In this document: piece by piece, positions 9,716-18,395 of the stretch | Layout: the number at the start of each line of letters is the position of its first letter | How positions within the stretch are numbered: the first letter of the stretch is position 1 | Origin: Eubacteriales bacterium | GTDB lineage: Bacteria; Bacillota; Clostridia; Oscillospirales; CAG-272 | Length of the DNA: 64,000 nucleotides | Assembly: GCA_045611965.1 (NCBI GenBank) | Contig: JAZKYE010000068.1 | Coordinates: 10,064 to 74,063 of the forward strand | Reading direction: 5' to 3' | Made by a program: the position numbers and the translations under genes | The notes under the pieces: generated by a model | Told to the model about the DNA's origin: nothing | The model's database searches: none | Seen by the model: the letters and a program-made list of their open reading frames with translations, nothing else

Positions 9716-10251
9716 CAATGCAAGCACAAGAAATATATGATGGCATACGCGAGGTACTTGAAAAAATTATTCTCGATATGCCCAAAAGAAATGACGAGCC
9801 GATATTTGAATGTCGCGCGAGGGTGTACTATTCTGACGATTGCCTGAATGAGTCCGACGAGTATCTTGGCAAGGACACATCTACTGTCTGGGGCGAGCTT
9901 TCGTTTGAGGCGCGTGGGGGAAAAATCACCGACGAATCGCTTTGCTTCTCTCTTGCGATAGACCTCGACAAGTCGGGAAGGCTTCTTGAAAAATTCACGC
10001 GCTACGACGAGGAAATCGCACGCTTTGAAAACGATATAAGAAGCACGCTTTACGCCCCTGCCGAGGCGGCAGAAAGCGCTGATGAGCTTATGGCAATTCT
10101 TAAAGCACGCGCAGAGGAAGAAAAGCAGAAAATAATTGAAGAATACGAGAAAACGACAAGAACTATTTACAGAACGGCATTACTTTATGCTCTTGCCGGA
10201 CTTACATCAATTATAGCGCTTATTATAATACTAACGAGAATATGGGGTTAA
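9712..10251 (+). CDS. Hypothetical tail-anchored membrane protein, paralogue 1
   Basis: Acidic soluble domain plus one C-terminal TM helix; ATGA overlap with mrr. Confidence 0.75.
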   Translation: MTMQAQEIYDGIREVLEKIILDMPKRNDEPIFECRARVYYSDDCLNESDEYLGKDTSTVWGELSFEARGGKITDESLCFSLAIDLDKSGRLLEKFTRYDEEIARFENDIRSTLYAPAEAAESADELMAILKARAEEEKQKIIEEYEKTTRTIYRTALLYALAGLTSIIALIIILTRIWG

Positions 10252-10252
10252 A

Positions 10253-10786
10253 ATGAACGAAGGATGCACGAAACTGACCGAGCGCAGGGCGGCTCTTATT
10301 GAATATATTAACGGTGTCTGCTCGCAGGCGGCATCGGCACTTCCCCACTCTGCCGACGGCAAGGATGCTGATATAATATTCAGGTATAGCTTCGCTTATC
10401 CTGACGAGGATATACAGGACGGTGATGGCGAGTATGACGGCACCTGCACGCTGTACTACGAAACCGTAATTTCATCCGATGGCGGTGACGAGCACAGCTT
10501 CGTCATCACGCTGAAGCTTGACGGTGACGAATATTCGCAAGACGAGCTGATGGCGCAAACCGAGAGCTTTAAGCAAACGCTTTGCCACTTCTTCTCACAG
10601 CTTGAAGGAAAGAGCCACACCGACTGTCTTAATGAGCTCTCGTGCGAGAGATTTCTTCACCTTTCGGGTGAGGAAGAGCGCGCGCCGTTTGACTACAAGT
10701 GCTTTTTCATTGGCGCATCGGTGGTGTGCGTCACGCTCATTCTGATGCTTATTATCGTAAACGAAATACTGCCAAGACTTTTATAA
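10253..10786 (+). CDS. Hypothetical tail-anchored membrane protein, paralogue 2
   Basis: Same architecture; 1 nt gap to the previous gene. Confidence 0.75.
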   Translation: MNEGCTKLTERRAALIEYINGVCSQAASALPHSADGKDADIIFRYSFAYPDEDIQDGDGEYDGTCTLYYETVISSDGGDEHSFVITLKLDGDEYSQDELMAQTESFKQTLCHFFSQLEGKSHTDCLNELSCERFLHLSGEEERAPFDYKCFFIGASVVCVTLILMLIIVNEILPRLL

Positions 10787-10817
10787 AATGCCGCAATATG
10801 GCAAGGGGGATTTTATT

Positions 10818-11369
10818 ATGAATGCAAAGCAAGCACGCGAGGCGCTTCTGCCGACGCTTGAGGATATTGCGAGGGTGCTTACCGACGTGGGACTTTGCGC
10901 CAAGGCGCGCGTTTCCTTTTCGGATGTGGATATGCTCGACCACGAGGATATGATGCAAAATTCCGCGCTTCTTTACGGTGAGATACTTTTCAGTGCTAAC
11001 GAAAACGAGTCAGTAGCGCTTGAATGCGCTGTGAGCGTAAAGGACGGCGAGGTTGCCGACGAGGAATTTCTCTCGGAAATATCAGCGCTTCGCACCGAGG
11101 CAAAGCGAATTGCAGAGATAGCAAAAACGGTTGGCGCGGACGCTCTTTTTGATGAGCTTGAGCGTCAGAGCGAGGATGACGAGCCTCGCGCTGAGGTGCG
11201 TGAGGTCAACATAGACGACTACATAGCCGACCGCGCGGCAGACGAGCTTGAGCGCGACGGTGATATAGCAAAAGAGCTTAAACGCCAGGGTATGATAGGA
11301 CATCTTCCCATTCTTATAGGCATAGGCGCTGTTATTGCCGTAGTCATCCTGCTTATTGCGCTTCTGTAA
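10818..11369 (+). CDS. Hypothetical tail-anchored membrane protein, paralogue 3
   Basis: AGGGGG RBS; CAKARVSFSD..LYGEILFSA resembles CRARVYYSD..VWGELSFEA of paralogue 1. Confidence 0.75.
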   Translation: MNAKQAREALLPTLEDIARVLTDVGLCAKARVSFSDVDMLDHEDMMQNSALLYGEILFSANENESVALECAVSVKDGEVADEEFLSEISALRTEAKRIAEIAKTVGADALFDELERQSEDDEPRAEVREVNIDDYIADRAADELERDGDIAKELKRQGMIGHLPILIGIGAVIAVVILLIALL

Positions 11370-11380
11370 GGGGATATTCT

Positions 11381-11584
11381 ATGGACTTTTCTAAATACGG
11401 AATAAAGCAAGCCGCCTGCTGCGAAAGCTGTGAGTATTACGACTTTGACGAATACACGGACACCTATGGGTGCGCGCTCTCACTCGACGAGGACGAGATG
11501 GGCGACTTCCTCGGATTTAACACGGGTGGGTGTCATTACTACAAGTATTACGACGAGTACAAGAGCGTGCATAAGCAGATATAG
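11381..11584 (+). CDS. Small Cys-rich protein (DUF6472-like)
   Basis: CESCEYYDFDE..C..LDEDE..CHYY..YDEYK.V.KQ pattern; RBS AAGGGG. Confidence 0.75.
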   Translation: MDFSKYGIKQAACCESCEYYDFDEYTDTYGCALSLDEDEMGDFLGFNTGGCHYYKYYDEYKSVHKQI

Positions 11585-11707
11585 CAATAAGAAAAGAGAG
11601 AGCAATGTGATGTCCTTAACGAGAAATTCCACTTTGAATAAGGTGCAAGCATCGCATTTGAGCGTTCATATGCAAATATGGGTTAGGCATTACCCTTATA
11701 AAAACAG

Positions 11708-11743
11708 AAGAGAGGACAAATCGGAAATTGTCCTCTCTTTTTC
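11708..11743. terminator. Bidirectional intrinsic terminator
   Basis: AGAGAGGACAA...TTGTCCTCTCTTTT hairpin between convergent genes. Confidence 0.7.
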
Positions 11744-11773
11744 TATTGGTGAAGCTGCGCTACGTGGTTATGC

Positions 11774-12040
11774 TTATTTAAAGGGCATTATAGGAAGCGC
11801 GTTCTCGTCGTTTGACTCCTCGCCACCGTGGATAGTGCCGTCGGAGGTTGCACCGCTGTCAGGGGTTGTGCTATCGTCAGGGGTGGTACTATCGTCAGGC
11901 GGTGTGCTATCGTCAGGCGGTGTGCTATCGTCGGGGTTTTCAGGATCCTCAGGATCTTCGTTACAAGAAAAAAGCGCGAATGCAAAGGTGAAGCAAAGCG
12001 CTATGCAAAGCACGAGGCAAAGTAGCTTTTTCATAAACAC
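11774..12040 (-). CDS. Small acidic lipoprotein with PDDSTP tandem repeats
   Basis: MKKLL...ALFSC lipobox; AAGGAG RBS; TTGACA-17-TAAAAT promoter upstream. Confidence 0.75.
   Translation of the reverse strand: MFMKKLLCLVLCIALCFTFAFALFSCNEDPEDPENPDDSTPPDDSTPPDDSTTPDDSTTPDSGATSDGTIHGGEESNDENALPIMPFK
11857..11957. repeat. 18-bp coding tandem repeat (about 4-5 copies)
   Basis: GTGCTATCGTCAGGCGGT units encoding PDDST(P/T)P. Confidence 0.85.
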
Positions 12041-12257
12041 GGATTCTCCTTAATATTTTTTATATTTTAACATTTTTACAAAACTATGTCAAGCACGCAG
12101 TTGTATTTTGAGCGAATTATTTTAACAAGAGCCCCAAAATTATCAATTTGCATAATTTGAAGGGGCGCTTTTTGTTTATTATGAGTGCCCATTTTTGTTG
12201 ATTTTTCATATGGATTTTGATATAATAGATATTACCCCAAAGAGAGGACTGTGAAAA

Positions 12258-14537
12258 TTGATTAAAATAAACATAAAAGATTTTACCCTCATAAGAGATG
12301 GAAAGCCTGAGCTTTACGCAACCGTGCCCTGCTCGCTATATGACCTGCTTCAGAAATCAGGCGAAATCCCGAATATATATCTCAGGGACAATATTAAGCA
12401 CACCTCGGTGGATTTATCCTCGATTAAATTCGTATCGAAAATAAATCTTGAGGACGCGACCGTGAGAATGAAGCACGTGTATCTTACCTTCTCACGAATT
12501 TTTGCCGATGCCGAGATTTATCTTAACGGAAAGCGTCAGCGCCGCGTGCATAACTATAACAGAATGTACACAGTAGATGTTTCGGGCGCGGTTGCTTCGG
12601 GTGAAAATCTGCTTGAAATCCGTATAACCAAGCCTCTTGATGAGCGCAGAATTATAGGCACAGGCGGTGTATCACCGCTCGAATACGAGCTTACACCGTA
12701 TCTTCCCGACGTCGGAATTATCGGCGAGTGCTCACTTATCGCGACGAGCTATGCTATGATAGACAAAATCGGAATACGCCAGACACATTCCGACGGAAGA
12801 GTCGACCTCTCGGTTTCGCTTGATACTATCGGTGAGTGCGATGATATGCGCGCGGTTGCAACCCTCACCTCACCTGCCGGCAAAATGTACTTCGGCTCGG
12901 TAAACGACGGTGTCGCAAGCATTACAGTTACCTCGCCTGAGCTTTGGTGGCCGCGCGGACTCGGCACGCCCTCGCTTTATAAGCTTACCGTATCTCTGTG
13001 GTGCAACGGCGAGCTTGAGGACACGCGCGATATTATGATAGGCCTTCGCAAGGTCGAGCTTGTCGACGCCGATGACGGCACGTATATGACCGTAAACGGT
13101 GCAAGATTTTTCCCCATGGGCGCGACCTACGTCAGAGAGGATGCTGTAATTCCCTTTATCACAGAGGACCGTCTTATACGCATGATAGAATCCTGCGCGG
13201 ATGCAAATATGAACACTCTGCGCCTTGTGGGTGCAGGTCTTTACCCTGACAACAAGTTCTACTCGCTTTGCGACAAGCTTGGCATTATGGTATGGCAGGA
13301 TATTTCGGTAGGCTACACAAAGCCGCCCGTGCTTGACAGCTTTGCCTCGGGTGTATACAACGAGCTATGCGATACTATGGCGCGCGTTTCGCACCATCCG
13401 TGTGTGGTGCTTATGTATCTTATGGTAACGGCGCGCGCTTCGGATGATGAGCAGGCAAGCAATGCTATGCTTCACGAATTTCTTGACACCTGCTATCATA
13501 TTGCACAGCCTATTGCTAAAAGGTTTGCAGAGGGTATTCCCTTTATAATGACAAGAGAGCTTCTTGATGAAGCAGATGAGCGTGCGCTTTTCGATGAAAT
13601 CAAGCTCATAAGAAATGCCTGCTTTGCCTCGTTACCCCCAAAAGAAAGTATACTTTGCTTTGCATCTGAAGAGGATCTTAACCCTCTTTCGCCCGTAATG
13701 GAAGCGCACACGTCAGGAAAAGATGCGATTGCAAAAATGCTCGTCAATATGACGGCTACGGTAAAATATCCGTATGATTTCGACACCCTTATCTACGCAT
13801 CGCAGATTGCATCGGGATATAGCGTGTATCGCTCGGTCAGCCGTGCAAGGCTGAAAAGAAGCGGCTCGATGGCGGCAGTAGGCAGACAGCTCAACGATTC
13901 GTGGCCGTCGGTTTCCGCTTCAAGCGTGGATTTCTATGGCAGACGAAAGGCACTTCACTATTATTCAAAGCGCGCATTCAGCCTGCTTTTCGTCGGTGCT
14001 CATACCGATGGGGCACGAGTTACTATCGGTGTATCAAACGAAACGGGCAAGACCTTTGAGGGTACGCTCTCATACGCCCTTTACAGCATTTCGGGCAAAT
14101 GCCATCTTGAAAGCAAGGTTGACCTTACCGTCGGCACGCACGACACGAGCGAGCCTATCGAAGAGGATTTTTCCAAAATTATTGCAGGTGAGAGTGAAAA
14201 ATATTACCTTGTCTGCGAGCTTCGCGGTGACGGTCGCAGGCTGTTCCGCTCGATAGTTCTCTTCGTTCCCCCAAAGCACGCGGCACTTGATAAGCCCACG
14301 GTGCTTACCGATATTACCGGCGATGGCACTCACTATGAGATGCTTATCCGCTCGGACACGTTAGCACTTGCGTGCGAGATTTCCTTTGACGGGCTTGATG
14401 CTGATATGTCGGATAACTTCATCAATATCAGCGGGGATTTCTACGAAAAAATTACTGTAACAACAAGCCGTCCCACAACGGCAGACGAGCTTCGGCAGAG
14501 GCTTATCGTCCACACGATATACGACGTGGGCAGATGA
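12258..14537 (+). CDS. GH2 beta-mannosidase-like protein, probably catalytically degenerate
   Basis: PELWWP.GLG.P.LY, IGLR, ANMNTLR, FY.LCD.LGIMVWQD and QLND.WP retained; NE and SEFG motifs not found. Confidence 0.8.
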   Translation: MIKINIKDFTLIRDGKPELYATVPCSLYDLLQKSGEIPNIYLRDNIKHTSVDLSSIKFVSKINLEDATVRMKHVYLTFSRIFADAEIYLNGKRQRRVHNYNRMYTVDVSGAVASGENLLEIRITKPLDERRIIGTGGVSPLEYELTPYLPDVGIIGECSLIATSYAMIDKIGIRQTHSDGRVDLSVSLDTIGECDDMRAVATLTSPAGKMYFGSVNDGVASITVTSPELWWPRGLGTPSLYKLTVSLWCNGELEDTRDIMIGLRKVELVDADDGTYMTVNGARFFPMGATYVREDAVIPFITEDRLIRMIESCADANMNTLRLVGAGLYPDNKFYSLCDKLGIMVWQDISVGYTKPPVLDSFASGVYNELCDTMARVSHHPCVVLMYLMVTARASDDEQASNAMLHEFLDTCYHIAQPIAKRFAEGIPFIMTRELLDEADERALFDEIKLIRNACFASLPPKESILCFASEEDLNPLSPVMEAHTSGKDAIAKMLVNMTATVKYPYDFDTLIYASQIASGYSVYRSVSRARLKRSGSMAAVGRQLNDSWPSVSASSVDFYGRRKALHYYSKRAFSLLFVGAHTDGARVTIGVSNETGKTFEGTLSYALYSISGKCHLESKVDLTVGTHDTSEPIEEDFSKIIAGESEKYYLVCELRGDGRRLFRSIVLFVPPKHAALDKPTVLTDITGDGTHYEMLIRSDTLALACEISFDGLDADMSDNFINISGDFYEKITVTTSRPTTADELRQRLIVHTIYDVGR

Positions 14538-14946
14538 CGGCAAAAAAATTAGACCATTAAAGCGAAGAAATCCACAGGATTTCTTCGCTTTAACATTTCA
14601 CTTGCGCTTTTTGTATATACAAGGCACTTTATTATCTTTCGGTCTTTTTCGGTCTTACCAAATATGGCAGGCCAAGCACTACATTTCGGACAAAAATGGA
14701 AATTCTATCATTTCGTCGATATGCCTCACCCTGTTCGGCTCGATATATTCTCGCTATGCTCAAATTCGATATAACCGCTCACGCAGTTTCGATATGATAT
14801 TCGCCCATTTTCTCGTGCTAAGCACATATCGAATTGCTGATGGAGCAAAGTTGCCATCAGCAATATATCGAGCTCGAAGTGCATATCAATCGCCGTCAGG
14901 CCAATATCGACGCTTTGTGGCAACACAAAGCTAATATGGCAGCCCC
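14537..14946. mobile_element. Composite non-autonomous repeat: GGGGCTG-family element with a nested TCGATAT/ATATCGA palindromic insert
   Basis: Homology to 1958-2094; AATATGGCAG direct repeats at 14661 and 14933. Confidence 0.6.
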
Positions 14947-14950
14947 AAGA

Positions 14951-14990
14951 AAAAAAGAGGATACGGCAGCAGGTTGCCGTACCCTCTTTT
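14951..14990 (-). terminator. rplJL terminator
   Basis: AAAGAGGATACGGCA...TGCCGTACCCTCTTT hairpin with U-tract. Confidence 0.75.
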
Positions 14991-15005
14991 CTATAAAGGT
15001 AGAAA

Positions 15006-15380
15006 TTACTTAACTTCAACCTCAGCGCCAGCTTCCTTAAGCTGAGCTGCGATCTTGTCTGCATCTTCCTTGGAAACGCCTTCCTTAACAGCCTTGGGAG
15101 CGCCCTCAACGAGGTCCTTAGCTTCCTTAAGTCCAAGTCCGGTGATCTCACGAACAACCTTGATAACGGGAAGCTTCTTGCCGCCGTCGTTAACAAGTAC
15201 AACATCGAACTCGGTCTTCTCCTCAGCGGGAGCTGCTGCAGCTGCGCCGGGAGCTGCTGCTACTGCTACGGGAGCAGCGGATACGCCAAACTCCTCCTCA
15301 AGAGCCTTAACGAGGTCAGCGAGCTCAAGAATGGTAAGTCCTTTTACGATTTCAAGAATCTGAGTAGTCTTTTCGTTCAT
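15006..15380 (-). CDS. rplL: 50S ribosomal protein L7/L12
   Basis: [22 protein letters not shown]; GGAGG RBS. Confidence 0.98.
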   Translation of the reverse strand: MNEKTTQILEIVKGLTILELADLVKALEEEFGVSAAPVAVAAAPGAAAAAPAEEKTEFDVVLVNDGGKKLPVIKVVREITGLGLKEAKDLVEGAPKAVKEGVSKEDADKIAAQLKEAGAEVEVK

Positions 15381-15430
15381 TTTGGTTTCCTCCAAATAAT
15401 CAATTAATTTAATTTAGTTCTGCAAAAAAT

Positions 15431-15955
15431 TTACGCCTCTGCAGGAGCGTCGGCACCTTCGCCGTTTTCCTTGTCGATCTTGCCCTGAAGTACGCGAGCA
15501 AAGCCATAAAGAGAGGACATAAGGCTGCCCATCATCTTTGCAATGAGTACTTCCTTGCTGGGTGTTGCTGCGAGAGCCTCAACGCCTGCAAGATCAAGAA
15601 CACCACCGTCAACAAAGCCTGCCTTAATCTCAAAGCAGTCAATCTTGTCAGCGTATTCCTTCATAATTTTAGCAGGAGCGATTGCATCGTCCTGGCTAAA
15701 TGCGATAGCCGTCATTCCGCTAAGGTACTGCTTCATGTCGCCGTAGCCTGCGATATCACATGCTCTACCCGTAAGAGTATTCTTCATTACGGTGTACTCA
15801 ACGCCTGCCTTACGCAGAGCGTTACGAAGCTCTGTGTCCTCGGACACCTTAATGCCTTCATACTTTACAAGTACGCCAGCCTTTGCGGTGCTGAGCTTCT
15901 GAGCAAGTGCTTCAACGACTCTTTTCTTTTCTTCAAGAATCTTGTTGCTTGGCAT
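15431..15955 (-). CDS. rplJ: 50S ribosomal protein L10
   Basis: V.KNTL, PSKEVLIAK; upstream of rplL. Confidence 0.97.
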   Translation of the reverse strand: MPSNKILEEKKRVVEALAQKLSTAKAGVLVKYEGIKVSEDTELRNALRKAGVEYTVMKNTLTGRACDIAGYGDMKQYLSGMTAIAFSQDDAIAPAKIMKEYADKIDCFEIKAGFVDGGVLDLAGVEALAATPSKEVLIAKMMGSLMSSLYGFARVLQGKIDKENGEGADAPAEA

Positions 15956-15974
15956 TATTCTACCTCCATAAAAG

Positions 15975-16118
15975 AATTAAAACAAAAAAATCCTATCTCG
16001 GTAAAAGAGCATAAGTCAGCCGAGAAAGGACAAAAGTAAAAAACATATTTTTTATTTTCGTTCACCTCGGCAGGAAAGCATAAACGCTTTTACCGTAACC
16101 TGCTGTCTTAGGATACCT
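15975..16118 (-). ncRNA. L10 leader (ribosomal protein autoregulatory RNA)
   Basis: CCTAAGACAGCAGG...CCTGCCGAGG motif between promoter and rplJ; boundaries approximate. Confidence 0.8.
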
Positions 16119-16123
16119 GAAGT

Positions 16124-16152
16124 ATTATATCACTCGTCGTTGTGTTTGTCAA
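16124..16152 (-). promoter_or_regulatory. Sigma-A promoter of rplJL
   Basis: TTGACA-17-TATAAT on the minus strand. Confidence 0.85.
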
Positions 16153-16244
16153 GAGTTTTTTTAAAAATGTTGAAAAATTTTATTTCGCTTTTAAAAGCTT
16201 AATACGGTAAGAAATGCGGCCGTCTTTCTGACAGCCGCATACGC

Positions 16245-17243
16245 TTATTTCTTTTTCTTCTCTGTATAGAGATTAGGATTTTTAATCATCTTATAATATA
16301 TATCCCTATTATCCGGTAGGTTCATATCAACATATGAAGCCATATAACCACTTGACCTTGTTTCTCCAAACTGTTTCCACAAGTAAAATCCTGCAACGCA
16401 TATGCCAACGGCTACCGCCTGCCACCAATTTTCTATCATCGCTATCTTGAATGTTTCCATTCCAAACAAGAAGTCATTTTCGAGCACAATCCGCACATTG
16501 TGGCAAACAAATATAAGACCAAATATGTATGCCGCAGCCTTAAGCGCATATTTTATAATGCAATTTACCACCTCGAACACAAAAGCAGAATGATTTGATC
16601 TAAGATTTGTAGCATAGAGACACTGTCTTATTGCATCCGCTTTGCGATCAATAGACACAGTTGACATCCTGTCATAATCAAGTGATAAATCCTTACTTAG
16701 TATAGCCCTAACATTAATATTGTTGTGTCTCATCCAATTAGATAACATTATTGGCTTGATAAAATCATCAAGTTCCTCAGCTATCATAACTATTAATTTA
16801 ACAACAACACCCCAAATCAACAGAGAAACTACACGAGACACCTCGCTATTAAAGGTGAGCAGAATATCAATAGGATTTGCTTCTATGACAGACATCGTAA
16901 ATACTGCCGCCAGAAGCCAAATGCCCCACGGGACAAAATACATAATAAAGAAAAAAATATGAGCTATTGTCCACCAATTCAAACTCTTGTCATTGTTTTG
17001 CCATGCTCTTATGACTTTAATAGAATCATATACGGTACTTTCATCTTCCTCCGCTTTAGCAACAGTTTTAGAAACTTCTTCGGTATGCAAGGTTTCAAAA
17101 CCGCAATTAGGGCATGCTTTTATTTCATTAGAACTCACACCCCCACATTCTTGACAATAAAACAAATTACATCCACAGTGAATGCAAGTATTTGTTTTAT
17201 CCGACACATCTTTACCACATTCAGGACAAGTTATTATCGCCAT
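16245..17243 (-). CDS. Double zinc-ribbon integral membrane protein
   Basis: Four CxxC pairs at the N-terminus, then about 4 TM helices; AT-rich. Confidence 0.8.
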   Translation of the reverse strand: MAIITCPECGKDVSDKTNTCIHCGCNLFYCQECGGVSSNEIKACPNCGFETLHTEEVSKTVAKAEEDESTVYDSIKVIRAWQNNDKSLNWWTIAHIFFFIMYFVPWGIWLLAAVFTMSVIEANPIDILLTFNSEVSRVVSLLIWGVVVKLIVMIAEELDDFIKPIMLSNWMRHNNINVRAILSKDLSLDYDRMSTVSIDRKADAIRQCLYATNLRSNHSAFVFEVVNCIIKYALKAAAYIFGLIFVCHNVRIVLENDFLFGMETFKIAMIENWWQAVAVGICVAGFYLWKQFGETRSSGYMASYVDMNLPDNRDIYYKMIKNPNLYTEKKKK

Positions 17244-17254
17244 AATACAACTCC

Positions 17255-17797
17255 TCACAATTTACTTTTATCAATATCAATACTTTGGTATTTTTGCCTT
17301 TGACGCTCTCCTTTAAGGCTGGGAACGTATTGTATATCGTACTTGCTTTTCAACCACTGTCCGAAGCTTTTTAAGTAAACATAATATCGCGTACTTCTTC
17401 TATATAATCGCTTACGTATCAAAAAAATGCCCTCTATTATTAGTGAAAGCAAAACCTGAAGCAATCCAAGAAATATCGCACTTACAAAATACACATTAGC
17501 TACACCAGGGGTTTTTAGCATAAATCCTGCATAAAAAACAACTAAGCCACTTAGAAGAAGCCATCGGCCTGTTTTTAATACCTTGTTTATTTCAATCCCC
17601 TTACGCCTAAAAGCCATTGCACGTTTATTCTCACATAAAAACTTTAGTTCATAATCGACTCGGGTACGTGCATTGAGCATAAAAAACGTTAAGTCGTTTG
17701 AACCTAGTTTCACATCAAGAGGCACTCCACAGTGTATACACTCTTCCCTAAGATTGCTCACAGGCTTTTTACAATTAGGACATTCGATCAGTGCCAT
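17255..17797 (-). CDS. Zinc-ribbon membrane protein
   Basis: MALIECPNC..CIHCG plus two TM helices. Confidence 0.8.
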   Translation of the reverse strand: MALIECPNCKKPVSNLREECIHCGVPLDVKLGSNDLTFFMLNARTRVDYELKFLCENKRAMAFRRKGIEINKVLKTGRWLLLSGLVVFYAGFMLKTPGVANVYFVSAIFLGLLQVLLSLIIEGIFLIRKRLYRRSTRYYVYLKSFGQWLKSKYDIQYVPSLKGERQRQKYQSIDIDKSKL

Positions 17798-17826
17798 TGA
17801 TTATCACCCCATTTCTATTTCATTTC

Positions 17827-17955
17827 CTATATCAATGATTTTGAAAAAAGATACCCTATGACCAACAATGCAATACCAACTAATATAGAAACCAAGATCA
17901 TCAATTTGTACAATTTCAAGCCAATACTCTCCGGGAAATCAAGTTCCTTGTTCAT
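17827..17955 (-). CDS. 42-aa single-pass membrane microprotein (not in ORF track)
   Basis: GGAGG RBS; MNKELDFPESIGLKLYKLMILVSILVGIALLVIGYLFSKSLI. Confidence 0.65.
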   Translation of the reverse strand: MNKELDFPESIGLKLYKLMILVSILVGIALLVIGYLFSKSLI

Positions 17956-17982
17956 TTAGAAATCCTCCGCAAGCCTAAATTT

Positions 17983-18028
17983 AATTCCAAAATAGAATTT
18001 TATTACATTATAATTCTATTTTGGAATT
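17983..18028. promoter_or_regulatory. 17-bp perfect inverted repeat, putative XRE operator
   Basis: AATTCCAAAATAGAATT-12 nt-AATTCTATTTTGGAATT between divergent genes. Confidence 0.65.
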
Positions 18029-18080
18029 TTGTCAAGTATTTTTAATGATATACTCTAAAAAAATATATGTGGAAGGTAAT

Positions 18081-18335
18081 ATGAAAACTCGTTCAAAACA
18101 GTATGGCAATGCCAACGTCGTTGGCAGATGTATCGAAAAAATACGTTTATCAAGAGGCATACGGCAGAATGACTTTATAGCAAGACTTCAGGCAAACGGT
18201 CTTGACATTAATCCGACGAGTTATTCAAAGCTTGAGGGGCAATTGCGTCAGGCAAGCGATATTGAAATATACCACATCGCAAAGGTTTTGGGCGTAACTA
18301 TCGAAGAGCTTTTCTTCGAGTACGAGGATAATTAA
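18081..18335 (+). CDS. XRE-family HTH regulator
   Basis: IR..RGIRQ..F..RLQ..GLDI..SYSKLEGQ.R, IAKVLGVTIEELF. Confidence 0.88.
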   Translation: MKTRSKQYGNANVVGRCIEKIRLSRGIRQNDFIARLQANGLDINPTSYSKLEGQLRQASDIEIYHIAKVLGVTIEELFFEYEDN

Positions 18336-18339
18336 ATAG

Positions 18340-18378
18340 AGAAAACACCGTCGAGGGATAACCCTCGACGGTGTTTTC
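18340..18378. terminator. Bidirectional terminator
   Basis: GAAAACACCGTCGAGGG-ataa-CCCTCGACGGTGTTTTC. Confidence 0.8.
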
Positions 18379-18395
18379 TATTCGTTGCAGTACAA

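Noticed and set aside
11430-12053. 207-aa Ser/Gly-rich plus-strand ORF
   Set aside because: Antisense reading of the lipoprotein repeat, and it crosses a terminator
14716-14910. Possible CRISPR or iteron origin
   Set aside because: The repeats are only 7 bp, switch orientation midway, and there is no cas or rep gene
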